Virus record (IMG/VR): IMGVR_UViG_3300046060_000025
Location: 1 to 48,894 of that record
Direction: 5' to 3' (one strand)
DNA: 48,894 nucleotides
Source: a virus
Lineage: Duplodnaviria; Caudoviricetes
Each line of letters begins with the position of its first letter. The stretch's first letter is position 1. The translations under genes and the position numbers were made by a program. Shown piece after piece: positions 27,128 through 37,041 of this stretch. The notes under the pieces were generated by a model, which saw only the letters and a list, made by a program, of their open reading frames with translations, was not told the DNA's origin and searched no databases.

Positions 27128-27442
27128 GTCATACTCGTTCGCGCTCCGCCCTGATATATGTAGTCGAGTGTCAGTCGCTGTGCGGCCGCTAACAACTGAC
27201 AGTTGGACTGACGGTCCCTACTACTACCGGGCCGCGGGCCGCGCGCACGGCGCCGTAGCCGGCCGGCTCGCGGGACGTAGGTGGGGAGGCGAGAACGGGT
27301 AGGGAAGGCGGGGCGCGTGTGACTCGCCGCCGCCCACATCGCCGGCGTGTGGGGGCCGGGCGGGGAGGAAAGCCCCGTCCGTGCCGAGGCTGACCCGACG
27401 ATGGTCCGGCGTGGCGCCGGACGTGGTCGCGTAGGACGGCCG

Positions 27443-27468
27443 GGAAGAAAAAGTCGGGGGTCGCCGGG
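27443..27468 (-). terminator. Possible oligo-U terminator of the 27469..28299 cassette
   Basis: Minus-strand TTTTTCTT about 15 nt after the stop codon. Confidence 0.45.
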
Positions 27469-28299
27469 CTACTGCTCGAGGTCGACGGAGACGAGTTCAC
27501 CCATGAACGGGTGGTAGCCGGCGCTGTAGAGCGCGGGCGTCCCGTCGTCGTCCGTCCGGACGCGCTTCGTCTTGCCGCCCTCGTCCGTGAAGATGACGCC
27601 CGTCTCCCGCGTGCGGCGGCGGCGGGTATCCCAGGCCTCGTCCTCGCTCGGGTCGTCGCCGACCTGCGCTCGCTCGACGACGCCCTCGTACGTGTTCCGG
27701 CCGTTCCCGTTCTTCTTCGCGTAGGTCGCCCGGATGTAGTCCCCTGCCTCGGCGGCTGCGGCGAGCGCGCGGAGCTGTGCCTGCGCCGCCGTCGCCTCGT
27801 TCGCCTCGGCCTCACCGCGGGCGCGGCCCTCCCACTCGTAGCCGGCGTCCTCCGCCAGGTCGGCCAGGTCGCGGAGGTAGTCCTGGTCGAGCGTCCACGC
27901 CTCCCGGTCCTCGTCGAACGTGTAGTGCGCGCCGTCGCGGTCGCCGTCCGCGTCGTCCTCGCCCCACGGGAGCGCCTTCACGACCTCGTTCGCCGGCGTG
28001 ACGTCGTCCGGGGTATCCCACGGCGCCGGCGTCTCGACCGCGGCCTTGACGTCGCCGTAGCGGTTCTCGTAGGAGTCCGTGACCGTGAACGTGAGGTCCG
28101 GCTCGTCCGCCTCGTCCTCGTCCTGGAACCGGAACGTCTCGACCGGCTGGCCGCCGTCCGTGACCAGCTCCGGGTCCTCGTCGTCCGCGTCCGTCTCGTT
28201 CTCGCCGACCTGTGCCACGAGGTCCGTAACGGCCTCGCCGCCGAGGTCGGTCGTGTGTTCGCCCTGGAAGTCGGCTTCGGTGTTGATGTCGTCCGTCAT
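27469..28299 (-). CDS. Acidic hypothetical protein (accessory cassette among head genes)
   Basis: 276 aa, contains the haloarchaeal LVTDGG motif; preceded by the conserved promoter. Confidence 0.8.
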   Translation of the reverse strand: MTDDINTEADFQGEHTTDLGGEAVTDLVAQVGENETDADDEDPELVTDGGQPVETFRFQDEDEADEPDLTFTVTDSYENRYGDVKAAVETPAPWDTPDDVTPANEVVKALPWGEDDADGDRDGAHYTFDEDREAWTLDQDYLRDLADLAEDAGYEWEGRARGEAEANEATAAQAQLRALAAAAEAGDYIRATYAKKNGNGRNTYEGVVERAQVGDDPSEDEAWDTRRRRTRETGVIFTDEGGKTKRVRTDDDGTPALYSAGYHPFMGELVSVDLEQ

Positions 28300-28349
28300 G
28301 GTTCCCTGCTACACTCCAGTGAAAGGGCAGGAGCCATATAAAGGTTTCC
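28300..28349 (-). promoter_or_regulatory. Conserved viral promoter/leader, copy 4
   Basis: GGAAACCTTTATA-N24-GTAGCAGGGAACC-ATG. Confidence 0.85.
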
Positions 28350-28550
28350 ACGGTGGAAAGATACAGGGTAGAGCGCTTCTACCGACGGCGAACGGGCAGT
28401 ACGACCCGCTGGAAACAGCCAGCGGGCCGGGGGCGCCGCGGCTACACCGGGCCATGAACGGAGATATAGCGAGAGTACCGCGCTACAGACACCTCGTAGC
28501 GCGCGTCACCCGCCGGTCTATACGGCGCGCACCTCGGCCGCGGGCCGTCC

Positions 28551-28793
28551 TCACCCGTCTACCATGTCGTCACACCAATTATACAACGTGCCCCGGCTCA
28601 CCTTCCGCTGAATCCCGTTCGCCTCCAGCGCGTTGTTGATACGGCGGAGGACCTCGCTCCGGCTCCCGCAGTTGTCGTCTAGCTCCCGGAGGACGGCCGG
28701 GAGGCGCTGGCCGAACGCCGATTCGACCTCTCGCTGCCGTTTCGTCCGCGCACCGTCCTCGACCATCGCCTTCACTATCTCGTCGTACTCCAT
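28551..28793 (-). CDS. Small HTH DNA-binding protein
   Basis: SRSEVLRRIN...KVSRGTLYNW. Confidence 0.7.
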   Translation of the reverse strand: MEYDEIVKAMVEDGARTKRQREVESAFGQRLPAVLRELDDNCGSRSEVLRRINNALEANGIQRKVSRGTLYNWCDDMVDG

Positions 28794-28795
28794 AC

Positions 28796-30178
28796 TCAGG
28801 CACCGACCTCCTGCACCTTGAGGAGCACGTCCACGCTATCACCCGTCGCGCTCCGCGTCCGGGCGAAGATGACCGTCGGGACCTCCCGCACGACGGGGAA
28901 CCTGAGGTCGCCCGACAGGTCGCCCGTCGTCGGCTCGAACTGCCCGCCGCCCCCGACGTGGTCGCCGCGGTAGGCCATCCCCTGCGGCTTTACCTTCCCG
29001 CCGTCGTTGTCGTCCGTCCACGTCTCGACGCCGACGCGGCTGCTGGTATCCGACTTGACGTCGAACGTGACGGCCGTTTGCCGTTCGGCGATGTCGTCCG
29101 GCGCGTCCCACTCGGTCCCGCTGAGGTACTGCGGCTCGATGACGCGGCTATGCACCGCAAGCGACTCGTTCGGGGCACTAAAGGAGACGTCCTCGACGCC
29201 GACCGCCGCGCCGGAGTTGCCGGGTTTTCGCTTGAACAGCGCGACCGGATACCAGTCCTTCGGGCCGACGCCCGTCCCGTCCATCGGGAGCGAGACGTCC
29301 AAAGCGGAGGCATACGTCGGCTCCGGCGACGGGTCGACGTGGCCCTGCACGCTGAACTGCCGGCCGCCGACGCGGGCCTCGACGACCTCCTGTTTCGTGC
29401 CGTTATCAACGGAGACGTGAATCGGCCGGTTCGGCACCGTAAAGGCCGGGTCCTCCACGGGCCGGTAGAGGAACAGTGGGATGCGGCGTTGGGCCCACCG
29501 GCCGCGGATGTCCGCCACCGCGTCCAGCCACGCGAGCGTCGAGAGCGGCCCATACCAGCCGATGGTCAGACCGTAGATATAGCCCTCACCGGGCCGCCAC
29601 GCCACGCGGCTCTTACTGCCGCCGGAGAGTGGGTCCAGGCCGTACACGCGGCCCTGGAGGTCGCCGTTGCTGTCGCGCTTCTCCGTCACGTACCCCCGCT
29701 GCCAGTCGCCGGCGCCCTTGGAGACGTTCACGTCTTCCCGATTTTTGTTCTCGAACGTCACCCGCCAGTCGTCGGCCGTGATGACGTGATAGATGCCGTC
29801 ACCTTCCACGTCCATGCCGTACCCGATGCGAATTTCGCCGTTCCCACCGGTCGGCCGCCGGTCGACCCACACGCCGGCGGCGATTTCGTTGGAGACGCCG
29901 GAGCGGTAGACGCCGAGTTGGGCCGTCTCCAGGGAGGCAACACTCCCGGTCTGTGTGTCGTCGGTCGCCAGCCGGTACGTCTCCCCATCGACGCCTATCG
30001 TCCCGCCGTTTGCCCGCCGCTGGACGTTGTAGATGCCGTGGTCCTGCCGCGTCGGGAGTGTAATGTCGCCCTTGAGGTTGAACAGGCCCTGGCGGTCGGC
30101 GACCGCCAGCGCGGAGTTCGTCTGGTGGGCGCCGCGCTGGTAGTAGTCGATTTCCTCGGCGAGGTTCCCGCCCGGCAT
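28796..30178 (-). CDS. Beta-rich hypothetical protein, probably virion-associated
   Basis: Likely start ATG 30178 (MPGGNLAEEIDY), 460 aa; the upstream part of ORF 28796..30529 is a shadow of the TM gene. Confidence 0.7.
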   Translation of the reverse strand: MPGGNLAEEIDYYQRGAHQTNSALAVADRQGLFNLKGDITLPTRQDHGIYNVQRRANGGTIGVDGETYRLATDDTQTGSVASLETAQLGVYRSGVSNEIAAGVWVDRRPTGGNGEIRIGYGMDVEGDGIYHVITADDWRVTFENKNREDVNVSKGAGDWQRGYVTEKRDSNGDLQGRVYGLDPLSGGSKSRVAWRPGEGYIYGLTIGWYGPLSTLAWLDAVADIRGRWAQRRIPLFLYRPVEDPAFTVPNRPIHVSVDNGTKQEVVEARVGGRQFSVQGHVDPSPEPTYASALDVSLPMDGTGVGPKDWYPVALFKRKPGNSGAAVGVEDVSFSAPNESLAVHSRVIEPQYLSGTEWDAPDDIAERQTAVTFDVKSDTSSRVGVETWTDDNDGGKVKPQGMAYRGDHVGGGGQFEPTTGDLSGDLRFPVVREVPTVIFARTRSATGDSVDVLLKVQEVGA

Positions 30179-30516
30179 TATAGCACCACCGGCGGTGTCA
30201 GGAGGACGAGCGCCGCCGCCAGGACGTAGACGACGAGGAAGTAGTACGGCTCCCGTTTGATGACGCGCTGGGCGACGGGGGCGTCGTCCGGCGCTTTCCG
30301 GAGGCCGAACGCGAGGCCGGCGACCGCGATGGTGAACGCGGCGACCGCCTCCGTGAACCCCGCGCGGAGGCCGGCACCGGCCATGAAGCCGACGAACCCC
30401 AGCTCCATCGCGTGAATCTCGTTGTACGTAAGGTCCCGGACCCACACCCGGACCGGCCCCGGTAACCACTCGCCGTCGATATCCTCGTACGGGTAGTCCT
30501 CGCCCTTCTCGGTCAT
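30178..30516 (-). CDS. Multi-TM membrane protein
   Basis: Two to three hydrophobic segments; coupled to the portal gene. Confidence 0.75.
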   Translation of the reverse strand: MTEKGEDYPYEDIDGEWLPGPVRVWVRDLTYNEIHAMELGFVGFMAGAGLRAGFTEAVAAFTIAVAGLAFGLRKAPDDAPVAQRVIKREPYYFLVVYVLAAALVLLTPPVVL

Positions 30517-32801
30517 CAGTCGACGTCACCCCCCTGTGGCGGGGCGCGGACGAACGTGTGGCGGCAAGAGATGTGGGGGCAGTGGCGGCGGAACGAGAGG
30601 TCCGGGAAGTATTTCGCCTGCACGTCCTCCTCGATACGGACGAGGTCGGGCATCCGCACGGGCGTCCCGCCGTACTGCGGGTTCGTCCGGTCTTTTAGCT
30701 CCTCGCAGGCCTCGGTCGTCCGGCTATCGTCCGGTCCTTGCCAGTAGAACCGGGGTTCGTCCTCGACACCCGGCAGGTCCTCGTACCCCTGCTCGCGGGC
30801 CTCGTTGAGGACGCTCGCCGTCTCCGTCCGGGCGACCGTCTCCAGCTTGTCCTCCGAGACGCCCGGCCAGACGTCCTGCATATCCTCGACCACGGAGTCC
30901 AGGCTCCAGCCCTGCGGCTGCGTGAGGTTCGTCTCGAGGAGGTCCGTGAGGCGCTCGACGGTCCGGGCCGGGATGGACGCGATGTCGTCGAAGACCGCGC
31001 CGGCGTCGATGGCGTCCCCGATGCGCTCCGTAACGTACTCCGGCACCTCCTCGCTCTCGGTCCAGGCGCGCTTCTCGATGGCGTCGAGGCTCGCCGGCTG
31101 AATCTGGGATTGGAACGCCGAGAGCAGGTAGTCGTCCAGTTCGGTCGCGTCCTTCCGCCGGGCGTCGGACGACTGCGTGACGGTGTAGTTGAGTTCGCCG
31201 CAGTCCTCCAGCAGGCCACCCACTATCGAGTCGTTCACGCCGTAGACGCGGATGGTCTCCGCCGGCGTGAGGAGGTCGCCCTCGTAGTCGCCGGGGAACG
31301 CCCGGCCCGTCTCGCCGTTCTCGACAATCCCGCCGAGTGTTGCGACCGCCTCCAGAAACTCCTGCCAGTCGGCCATCCCGTCCGGCGTATCGGGGACGCC
31401 CGGCACGCCCGTCTCGCTCTGGAGGCCGACCGACTTTCGGGCCGTCGCCGTCGCGCCCGCGGCGGGACCGCTGTCCGCGGTCATGCCGAACGGGCCGCCG
31501 CCCGCCGGCTCGTCGGGGGCGTCCACCTCGCCGTCCTCGACGTCGATGCGGTCGCCGCGGAGCGTGACGGTACGACCGAGGTTGTCCCACGCCTCCGCGG
31601 CGTCCGCCAGCGTCTGTTGGAACTCGGCGTGGGTCTGTTTTTCCGCGACCGTCTGGAGGTTCTCGAACTCGAACACGAGGTCCTCGCCCAGGTCCGGCCA
31701 GACGAGCTGGCGGTTGAGCGCCTCCTGGACCTGCCGGAGCAGGACCTGGAACCCGCGCTGTTTGTACGCCTGCGTCTGAGCCTTGTTCTGCGCCCGGTTC
31801 CCCTCCTGGAAGTCGAAACCGGCGTACGGGGCGTTGACCTTGAACGTCGCGCCGAGGGACTGTATCCACATCTTGTTCCGCTCCATAAACTGCAACTCCT
31901 GGTAGCCCGGCTGGAGCGGCGTAAACTCCCAGTCACCCATGGAGACGATGGCGCGGTGGCGTTCGCCCTCCTTGAGTTGCCAGTTGTCCTTGACCTTCTC
32001 GTAGGCGTCTACCGCCATCGGCGTGTCCTCGTCCTCCCGGACGGAGACGATGCCGGGCGGCATCCCCTCCGTGAGGTCCTTCTGTTCCTTCTCGCCCAGC
32101 TCCTCGATGACCTCGATAACGTCCGCGCCCTTCTCGACGGGGCCGAAGCCGTAGACGTGGTCCTCGCGGGACGACCACTCGAACCAGACGATTTCCTCGA
32201 GGTCGAACCGCTGCTGGACGGAGCGGTTCGTGAACGACGCCTGAAGGTAGCCCTCCGTAAGGCCATGGTCGTCGACCTGCTTGAACATCCGCGCGCTATC
32301 GACGGGGATGGCCTCCCGGAGGTCGCCGCCCGTATCGTAGTGTTTCACCCACGCGCCGTCCCCGAGCTTTAGGGTGTTGCGCGCCGTCATTTCCAGCAGG
32401 TCTCGGAGGGACTTCTCCGGGTGGAGTCGCTCCATGACGCGCTCGGCGTCGGTAATAGCCGCTTCGCCGGGGTTAGCGCCCTCGTCCCGCGCCGTAATCG
32501 TCCACGGCGCGGTGGCGAGGTCCTGCGCCATCGTATCGACGTAGGCCTGGGACACCCAGTTCTCCGCCAGCTCCTTTAGGAGCAGCGGGTCGTAGGGCTT
32601 CATCACGCCCTCGCGGTTCCGGACGTTCCGACGGAGTTCGGGCGGGAGCGTCGTCCGCCGCTCGACGTCCTGCTTCCGCTGCCGTTGCTTCTTCACGGCG
32701 CCGGACGCCCGCCCGGCCGCGGACGGTTCGTGTCCCGGCGCGTACTCCCGGCCGCCCTCATCGTCACGGCCGAACCACGTGGCCGGGTTCCACGACACCA
32801 T
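30516..32801 (-). CDS. Portal protein fused to a MuF (gpF/SPP1 gp7-like) domain
   Basis: Portal motifs GDGAWVK, IPVDS, YGFGPVE, PPGIV, ELQFMERNK; C-terminal ARTETAS...FYWQGPDDSRTTEAC...PHISCRH. Confidence 0.88.
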   Translation of the reverse strand: MVSWNPATWFGRDDEGGREYAPGHEPSAAGRASGAVKKQRQRKQDVERRTTLPPELRRNVRNREGVMKPYDPLLLKELAENWVSQAYVDTMAQDLATAPWTITARDEGANPGEAAITDAERVMERLHPEKSLRDLLEMTARNTLKLGDGAWVKHYDTGGDLREAIPVDSARMFKQVDDHGLTEGYLQASFTNRSVQQRFDLEEIVWFEWSSREDHVYGFGPVEKGADVIEVIEELGEKEQKDLTEGMPPGIVSVREDEDTPMAVDAYEKVKDNWQLKEGERHRAIVSMGDWEFTPLQPGYQELQFMERNKMWIQSLGATFKVNAPYAGFDFQEGNRAQNKAQTQAYKQRGFQVLLRQVQEALNRQLVWPDLGEDLVFEFENLQTVAEKQTHAEFQQTLADAAEAWDNLGRTVTLRGDRIDVEDGEVDAPDEPAGGGPFGMTADSGPAAGATATARKSVGLQSETGVPGVPDTPDGMADWQEFLEAVATLGGIVENGETGRAFPGDYEGDLLTPAETIRVYGVNDSIVGGLLEDCGELNYTVTQSSDARRKDATELDDYLLSAFQSQIQPASLDAIEKRAWTESEEVPEYVTERIGDAIDAGAVFDDIASIPARTVERLTDLLETNLTQPQGWSLDSVVEDMQDVWPGVSEDKLETVARTETASVLNEAREQGYEDLPGVEDEPRFYWQGPDDSRTTEACEELKDRTNPQYGGTPVRMPDLVRIEEDVQAKYFPDLSFRRHCPHISCRHTFVRAPPQGGDVD

Positions 32802-32855
32802 CAGTTATCAGGTCATCCCGCCGGCGGTAGATATGCCTTTGCCTGCGGCGAGACG

Positions 32856-34517
32856 CTACGATTTACTCACCATCGGGCCGCTCGTCGTCGCCGTGTGCCG
32901 GTCCGTGTGAGCCATGTATCGCATGGCGTCCGCGGAGTGGTTGTCGTGCGTCTGCGGCTCGTCCCGGGCGTCGTCCTGCCAGACGTAGCCCCGTATCTCG
33001 CCGAGGATATCGCCGGGTTTGGACTCGGTGGCGAGGTGTGTATCCTTCCGGTGGCACCGCGCCCCGTTCACGAAATACAGGCCGGCGCGGTCGTGTTCGT
33101 CCGGCCGCAATAGCCGCTTCACCGTCTGTATCCCGTCCGCTACGTCCTTCCGCGCCGTCGTCGTCCGGAACCGTCGCCAGTCGCCGTCGTCCAGGTCGGG
33201 GTCGGCCTCGATGAGGCTACGGGCGCCCTCCAGCCAGGCGGCGCGGTCCCCGCTGTCGTGGTCGGCGTAGACGGCCCGGACGTTCGGGACCTCGTACGCG
33301 GCCATCTCGCCGAGCGCCTCGACGGCGGCGTCGTCCGGGAGCGTCCGCGTCTTCACGTACTCGCGGTACAGGACGTACCCGTACTCGTCGGTATCGGCCC
33401 ACCACTGCACGACGAGCGGGTCCGGCCGGTAGCCCCAGTCGATGCTCATGACGATGTCCATGTCCGCCGGCGGGTAGAGCCGGGCCGGGACGTAGGCCTC
33501 GGCGTCGTCGGGGTCGCCCGTCTGAACGCCGCGCTCGGCTCGCATCGCCTGAAGGTCCGTGACGGTCGAGTCCGGGATGTGCCACTCGCCCGGGAGCATA
33601 TCCACCGCGTCTAGCGGCTCCAGCGCGTGGATGGACTCGCTGAACTCGTCGTAGATGAGGCCCTCGTACCCCACCCACTCGCCGCCGATGTACCGCTCGG
33701 CGTCCGTCCCGGCAAACTGCGCCCGGAGCCGCGGCAGGTAGTCGTCCGGGTTGTGCACGTTATCCGCGGCGCTGCCCTCGTAGACCGCGCCCACGCCCTG
33801 CTCGTAGAACCGGCGGTAGAGCCAGTGGTTCGGGCCGGCGGGGTTCGTCGCGGAGAAGATTTGCCGCGTCGGGAGTTCGGGCTGCCAGGGATTATTGAGG
33901 TGCGTGAGCCGGAGTCGGCCCTGGAGCATTTCCCAGTCCTTCTCCGTCACCTCGATGCCCTCGTCCACGCCGACGAAGCCGAGGTTCATGCCGGCGATTT
34001 TCTCCGGCATCTCGCCGGGGCGGCTCCCCGTGTTCAGGCCTTCGTAGTAGAGTTCGCTCGGCGGTGTAAACTCGACGGTCCGGTCGCCGCAGTCCGGGCA
34101 GACACACCGAGAGTCGTTGCGGAGACGGTCCCGTTTGTTGAGGGGGAGGATGCGCGTGGACTGCCAGTCGCAGTCCCGGCAGTAGATGGTTGGATAGTAC
34201 GGTGACTGGACGTAGATGACGTGCCGGCCCTGGTTGTGCGCCACGATGTAGGCGTCCGGAATAACTTCCTCCAGGAGGACCGTGAGCGTCGTGTTCGTAA
34301 TCGAGGCAAAGGTCTTGCGCGTCAGGAGGCCGCGGTTCCCCGGGTAGTTCGTGAGGTTGAGGTACGCCTTCTCGCAGAGGGCGCGCGTCTTCCCGGCGCC
34401 GAACGCGCCACTTCCGAGGACCTCGTCGTGTTCATCGTAGATAAATCCCTCCTGCCAGTCGAGCGGCTTGAACGCCCAGTCCGTGACGCCGCCGCCGCCG
34501 TCCGGCGCGGCGCTCAT
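32856..34517 (-). CDS. terL: Terminase large subunit
   Basis: Walker A GAFGAGKT, Walker B VGVDE, ATNP coupling motif, RNase H-like SIDWGY and NHSADAMRY. Confidence 0.95.
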   Translation of the reverse strand: MSAAPDGGGGVTDWAFKPLDWQEGFIYDEHDEVLGSGAFGAGKTRALCEKAYLNLTNYPGNRGLLTRKTFASITNTTLTVLLEEVIPDAYIVAHNQGRHVIYVQSPYYPTIYCRDCDWQSTRILPLNKRDRLRNDSRCVCPDCGDRTVEFTPPSELYYEGLNTGSRPGEMPEKIAGMNLGFVGVDEGIEVTEKDWEMLQGRLRLTHLNNPWQPELPTRQIFSATNPAGPNHWLYRRFYEQGVGAVYEGSAADNVHNPDDYLPRLRAQFAGTDAERYIGGEWVGYEGLIYDEFSESIHALEPLDAVDMLPGEWHIPDSTVTDLQAMRAERGVQTGDPDDAEAYVPARLYPPADMDIVMSIDWGYRPDPLVVQWWADTDEYGYVLYREYVKTRTLPDDAAVEALGEMAAYEVPNVRAVYADHDSGDRAAWLEGARSLIEADPDLDDGDWRRFRTTTARKDVADGIQTVKRLLRPDEHDRAGLYFVNGARCHRKDTHLATESKPGDILGEIRGYVWQDDARDEPQTHDNHSADAMRYMAHTDRHTATTSGPMVSKS

Positions 34518-34783
34518 CCGCCGGCTCCCGTCCGGCAGTCCACGCAGACGCCGCGGACGTCCATCGCGTCCAGGAGTGTGACCTGCTCGCAGGTCCGGCA
34601 GCGTCGGGCCCGCGGCGCGTCCGGGAGGTCGTCGAGCGTCCGGTCGTCGAGGTGGCGGTCTATCGCCTCGGCGCAGTCCCCGCAGACGTACCGCCGCGTC
34701 CCGTCCGGCGCGAACACGTAGCCCGCGGCGCTCTCGCCGCAGTCGCAGGCGGTGTCGATAGCCGCGTCCAGCGTCAGGTCCAT
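34514..34783 (-). CDS. Double Zn-ribbon protein
   Basis: ATG 34783: CDCG..CGDC..CRTC..CVDC; ATGA overlap with terL. Confidence 0.7.
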   Translation of the reverse strand: MDLTLDAAIDTACDCGESAAGYVFAPDGTRRYVCGDCAEAIDRHLDDRTLDDLPDAPRARRCRTCEQVTLLDAMDVRGVCVDCRTGAGG

Positions 34784-34808
34784 GTCGTCACGAGAGGTAG
34801 GCCGTCGC

Positions 34809-35591
34809 CTAAGCGGTTTCGGCGTCCCCCGACCGCTTCCGCCGCTCGTAGAGGTCGCCGGGGTCGGCGTCGAGGTGCCGGCGGACCGCGGCGCGGACGC
34901 CCTCCCCGGATAAGCCGTAGACCTCCCCGACGACACGGGGCGCGTCCCGCTCGAGGAGGCGGCCCATCGTCCGGGCGGCGATGCGCGCCCCGCGCTGGCG
35001 TTCCTGTTCGGCATCGACGCCGACCGCCTGGGCGATGGGCCCGACGGAGTCCCGGCCGGTACAGCCGAGGCGCGGACTCATCTGGGCGCCGGAGCGCCGG
35101 TGCCAGTAGCCCTCCAGGAGTATCTCCCGCCGCTTCGCGGCGAGCCGGGCGCGGGCGTCGAGCCGCCACTGCTTCCGGCAGTCGTCCGTATGGTCGTGTT
35201 CGCCGTCGCCGATGGTCTCGCCGTGGACGCGCTGCTCCCGGACGAGGTACGCGCCGCAGGCACACCGCGTCACGGCGTCGGCGTAGAGGTAGGCGTCGTC
35301 GTTGTGCGGGTTCACCCACTTCCGGCCGTTGCCGCCGGCGGCGGGGTAGACGTCCGGCACCGGCCAGGCACCGCAGAGGACCAGCATTCCCTCGTCCACG
35401 GCCGTCGGGTGGGCCACGAACCGCTTCGGCTTGAACGTCGCCGCCGTCGCCGGGAGGTCGGCGAGGCCGGCGCGGAGGTCGCGGGTAACGGCTACCGGGT
35501 CGATGCGGGCGTCCCGGCTCTGGAGCAGGAAGTCGTGGACCTCGGGCGGCTCCGGCTCGTCCCCGCGCCGGAACTGGCGGGGGCCGGCCAC
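34809..35591 (-). CDS. Hypothetical protein with Zn-binding and HTH-like parts
   Basis: CACG...HDH..DC; C-terminal VVGEVYGLSGEGVRAAV. Confidence 0.65.
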   Translation of the reverse strand: MAGPRQFRRGDEPEPPEVHDFLLQSRDARIDPVAVTRDLRAGLADLPATAATFKPKRFVAHPTAVDEGMLVLCGAWPVPDVYPAAGGNGRKWVNPHNDDAYLYADAVTRCACGAYLVREQRVHGETIGDGEHDHTDDCRKQWRLDARARLAAKRREILLEGYWHRRSGAQMSPRLGCTGRDSVGPIAQAVGVDAEQERQRGARIAARTMGRLLERDAPRVVGEVYGLSGEGVRAAVRRHLDADPGDLYERRKRSGDAETA

Positions 35592-35999
35592 CTACACCAC
35601 CTCGCCGTCGGCCCAGACCGTCCAGCCGTCCTCGCGGAGGCCGCGGGCGACGCGCGTCTCCGCCTCGAACGGATGCTCGCGCGGCTCGACGGTCACGATT
35701 TCCCGCGGCGGAAAGACCGAGAGGAACGCCGCCTGCCGCGCGGTCCCGTTCGCGTGGTCCATCAGGCGGCCGTAGACGTCGCGGGAGGCGCCGGCGTAGG
35801 CGACGCGCTCGGCCGTTGCTATCTCCGTGAGGACGCCGGCCCCGGGCACGGCGTTGAACGCCGAACGCCAGCGCCTGTGGGCGGCCTCGGCGGAGTCAGG
35901 GACGTCGGCGCGGAGGGCGTAGACGCCCGGACCGTGGGCGGCCTCCAGCCAGCCGGCGTAGTCGAGTGCCTCGTGGACGCCGCCGGGAGTGAGGCTCAT
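35592..35999 (-). CDS. GIY-YIG-like nuclease
   Basis: GVYAL...YAGASRDVYGRLMDH...E. Confidence 0.7.
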   Translation of the reverse strand: MSLTPGGVHEALDYAGWLEAAHGPGVYALRADVPDSAEAAHRRWRSAFNAVPGAGVLTEIATAERVAYAGASRDVYGRLMDHANGTARQAAFLSVFPPREIVTVEPREHPFEAETRVARGLREDGWTVWADGEVV

Positions 36000-36211
36000 C
36001 GCCGCCTCCGCTGCCTGCCCTTGGCGACGCGCTCCCCGCCCTGACAGAGGCTCGTGATAGCCGCGTCACGCGGGTCCTCGTCCGACGTGGCCGCTACCCT
36101 CGCCCGCTCGTCGTGCCGGCGGAGACGGGCCTGTCGCCTGACGTGAGCGGCGACACGGCCGAGGGCGGCGCCGAGGGCGACGCCGGTGAGGAACAGGAGC
36201 GGCTCAATCAC
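35996..36211 (-). CDS. Small TM protein
   Basis: Hydrophobic N-terminus; ATGA overlap. Confidence 0.55.
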   Translation of the reverse strand: MIEPLLFLTGVALGAALGRVAAHVRRQARLRRHDERARVAATSDEDPRDAAITSLCQGGERVAKGRQRRRR

Positions 36212-36324
36212 CGCCAGTCACCCCCGATATATCAGAACGTAGAGGAGTAGCCGTCCGCCGGGCTTTCACCCCGGAATCGCCGGCGGGCGCGTATGTGCGG
36301 TACGGTGATATATCACCCATCCGC

Positions 36325-36861
36325 CTATTCCTCGTCGCCGTCCGTTAGCGGCACGTCCACGCCGTCCTCCAGGCCCGCCGTCTCCGGGTCCAGGCCGACC
36401 ATCTGCTCCGTCTCGACGCCCTCGAAGCGCGTCAGGTCCACGCCGACGAGCGCCTTCCGCTCCGTCGCCTCGATGGAGGCGTCCAGGTCCATCTCCATGC
36501 GGTCCGGGGCGCGCTCCTGCTGCCCCGTCTCGAACAGCCAGTCGTTCCACGACTCCAGCAGCTCCTTCGCCGCCATCCACTCGTTGTCCTCCGCCTTCGC
36601 CTTGATAGCCTTCCGGTAGACGACGCTCGTGATGAACTCGGCGTCCGACGATAGGTCCTCGCGGATATCGTCCTGGAGCGCCTGGATATCGCGCGTTACC
36701 GTACTCGAGTGAACGTCGTACCGCTCCGCGAAGTGCTTCCGGCTCACCATGTCCGGGTGGCCCGCCTCGATGATGACGTCCAGCAGCTCCGCGCGCCGTT
36801 CGTTGTACGTGTAGTCCACCGGGTCCGTATCCTCGGGTATCTCGACGTTCTTGTGGCCCAT
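36325..36861 (-). CDS. Putative terminase small subunit (HTH)
   Basis: SRKHFAERYDVHSSTVTRDI HTH, helical oligomerisation region, upstream of terL. Confidence 0.65.
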   Translation of the reverse strand: MGHKNVEIPEDTDPVDYTYNERRAELLDVIIEAGHPDMVSRKHFAERYDVHSSTVTRDIQALQDDIREDLSSDAEFITSVVYRKAIKAKAEDNEWMAAKELLESWNDWLFETGQQERAPDRMEMDLDASIEATERKALVGVDLTRFEGVETEQMVGLDPETAGLEDGVDVPLTDGDEE

Positions 36862-37041
36862 GGTTCGTGTCCTCCGCCCCGCCGCCGTCCTGCGGTTTCA
36901 CGCGGGCGCGAAGCCGATATGCGGCGGGTTGCGGTCGTCTAGATGAGGGCGGCCGCCGGCTAAAACCTTGGGACGCCGGCGGCGTGGCGGCCGGCCGGCG
37001 GGCCGGCCGGGGGAGACGCACGTCACCCGGCGGTTGCGTCC

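Noticed and set aside
30724-32372. Long alternative-frame ORFs (e.g. 30738..32372, 28958..30229, 43682..45013)
   Set aside because: Arg/Pro/Gly- or Val-rich shadow frames expected in high-GC DNA; they overlap well-supported acidic genes.
34040-34210. Intein in the terminase
   Set aside because: No C/S...HN-C/S/T splice junctions or LAGLIDADG motifs; too short.
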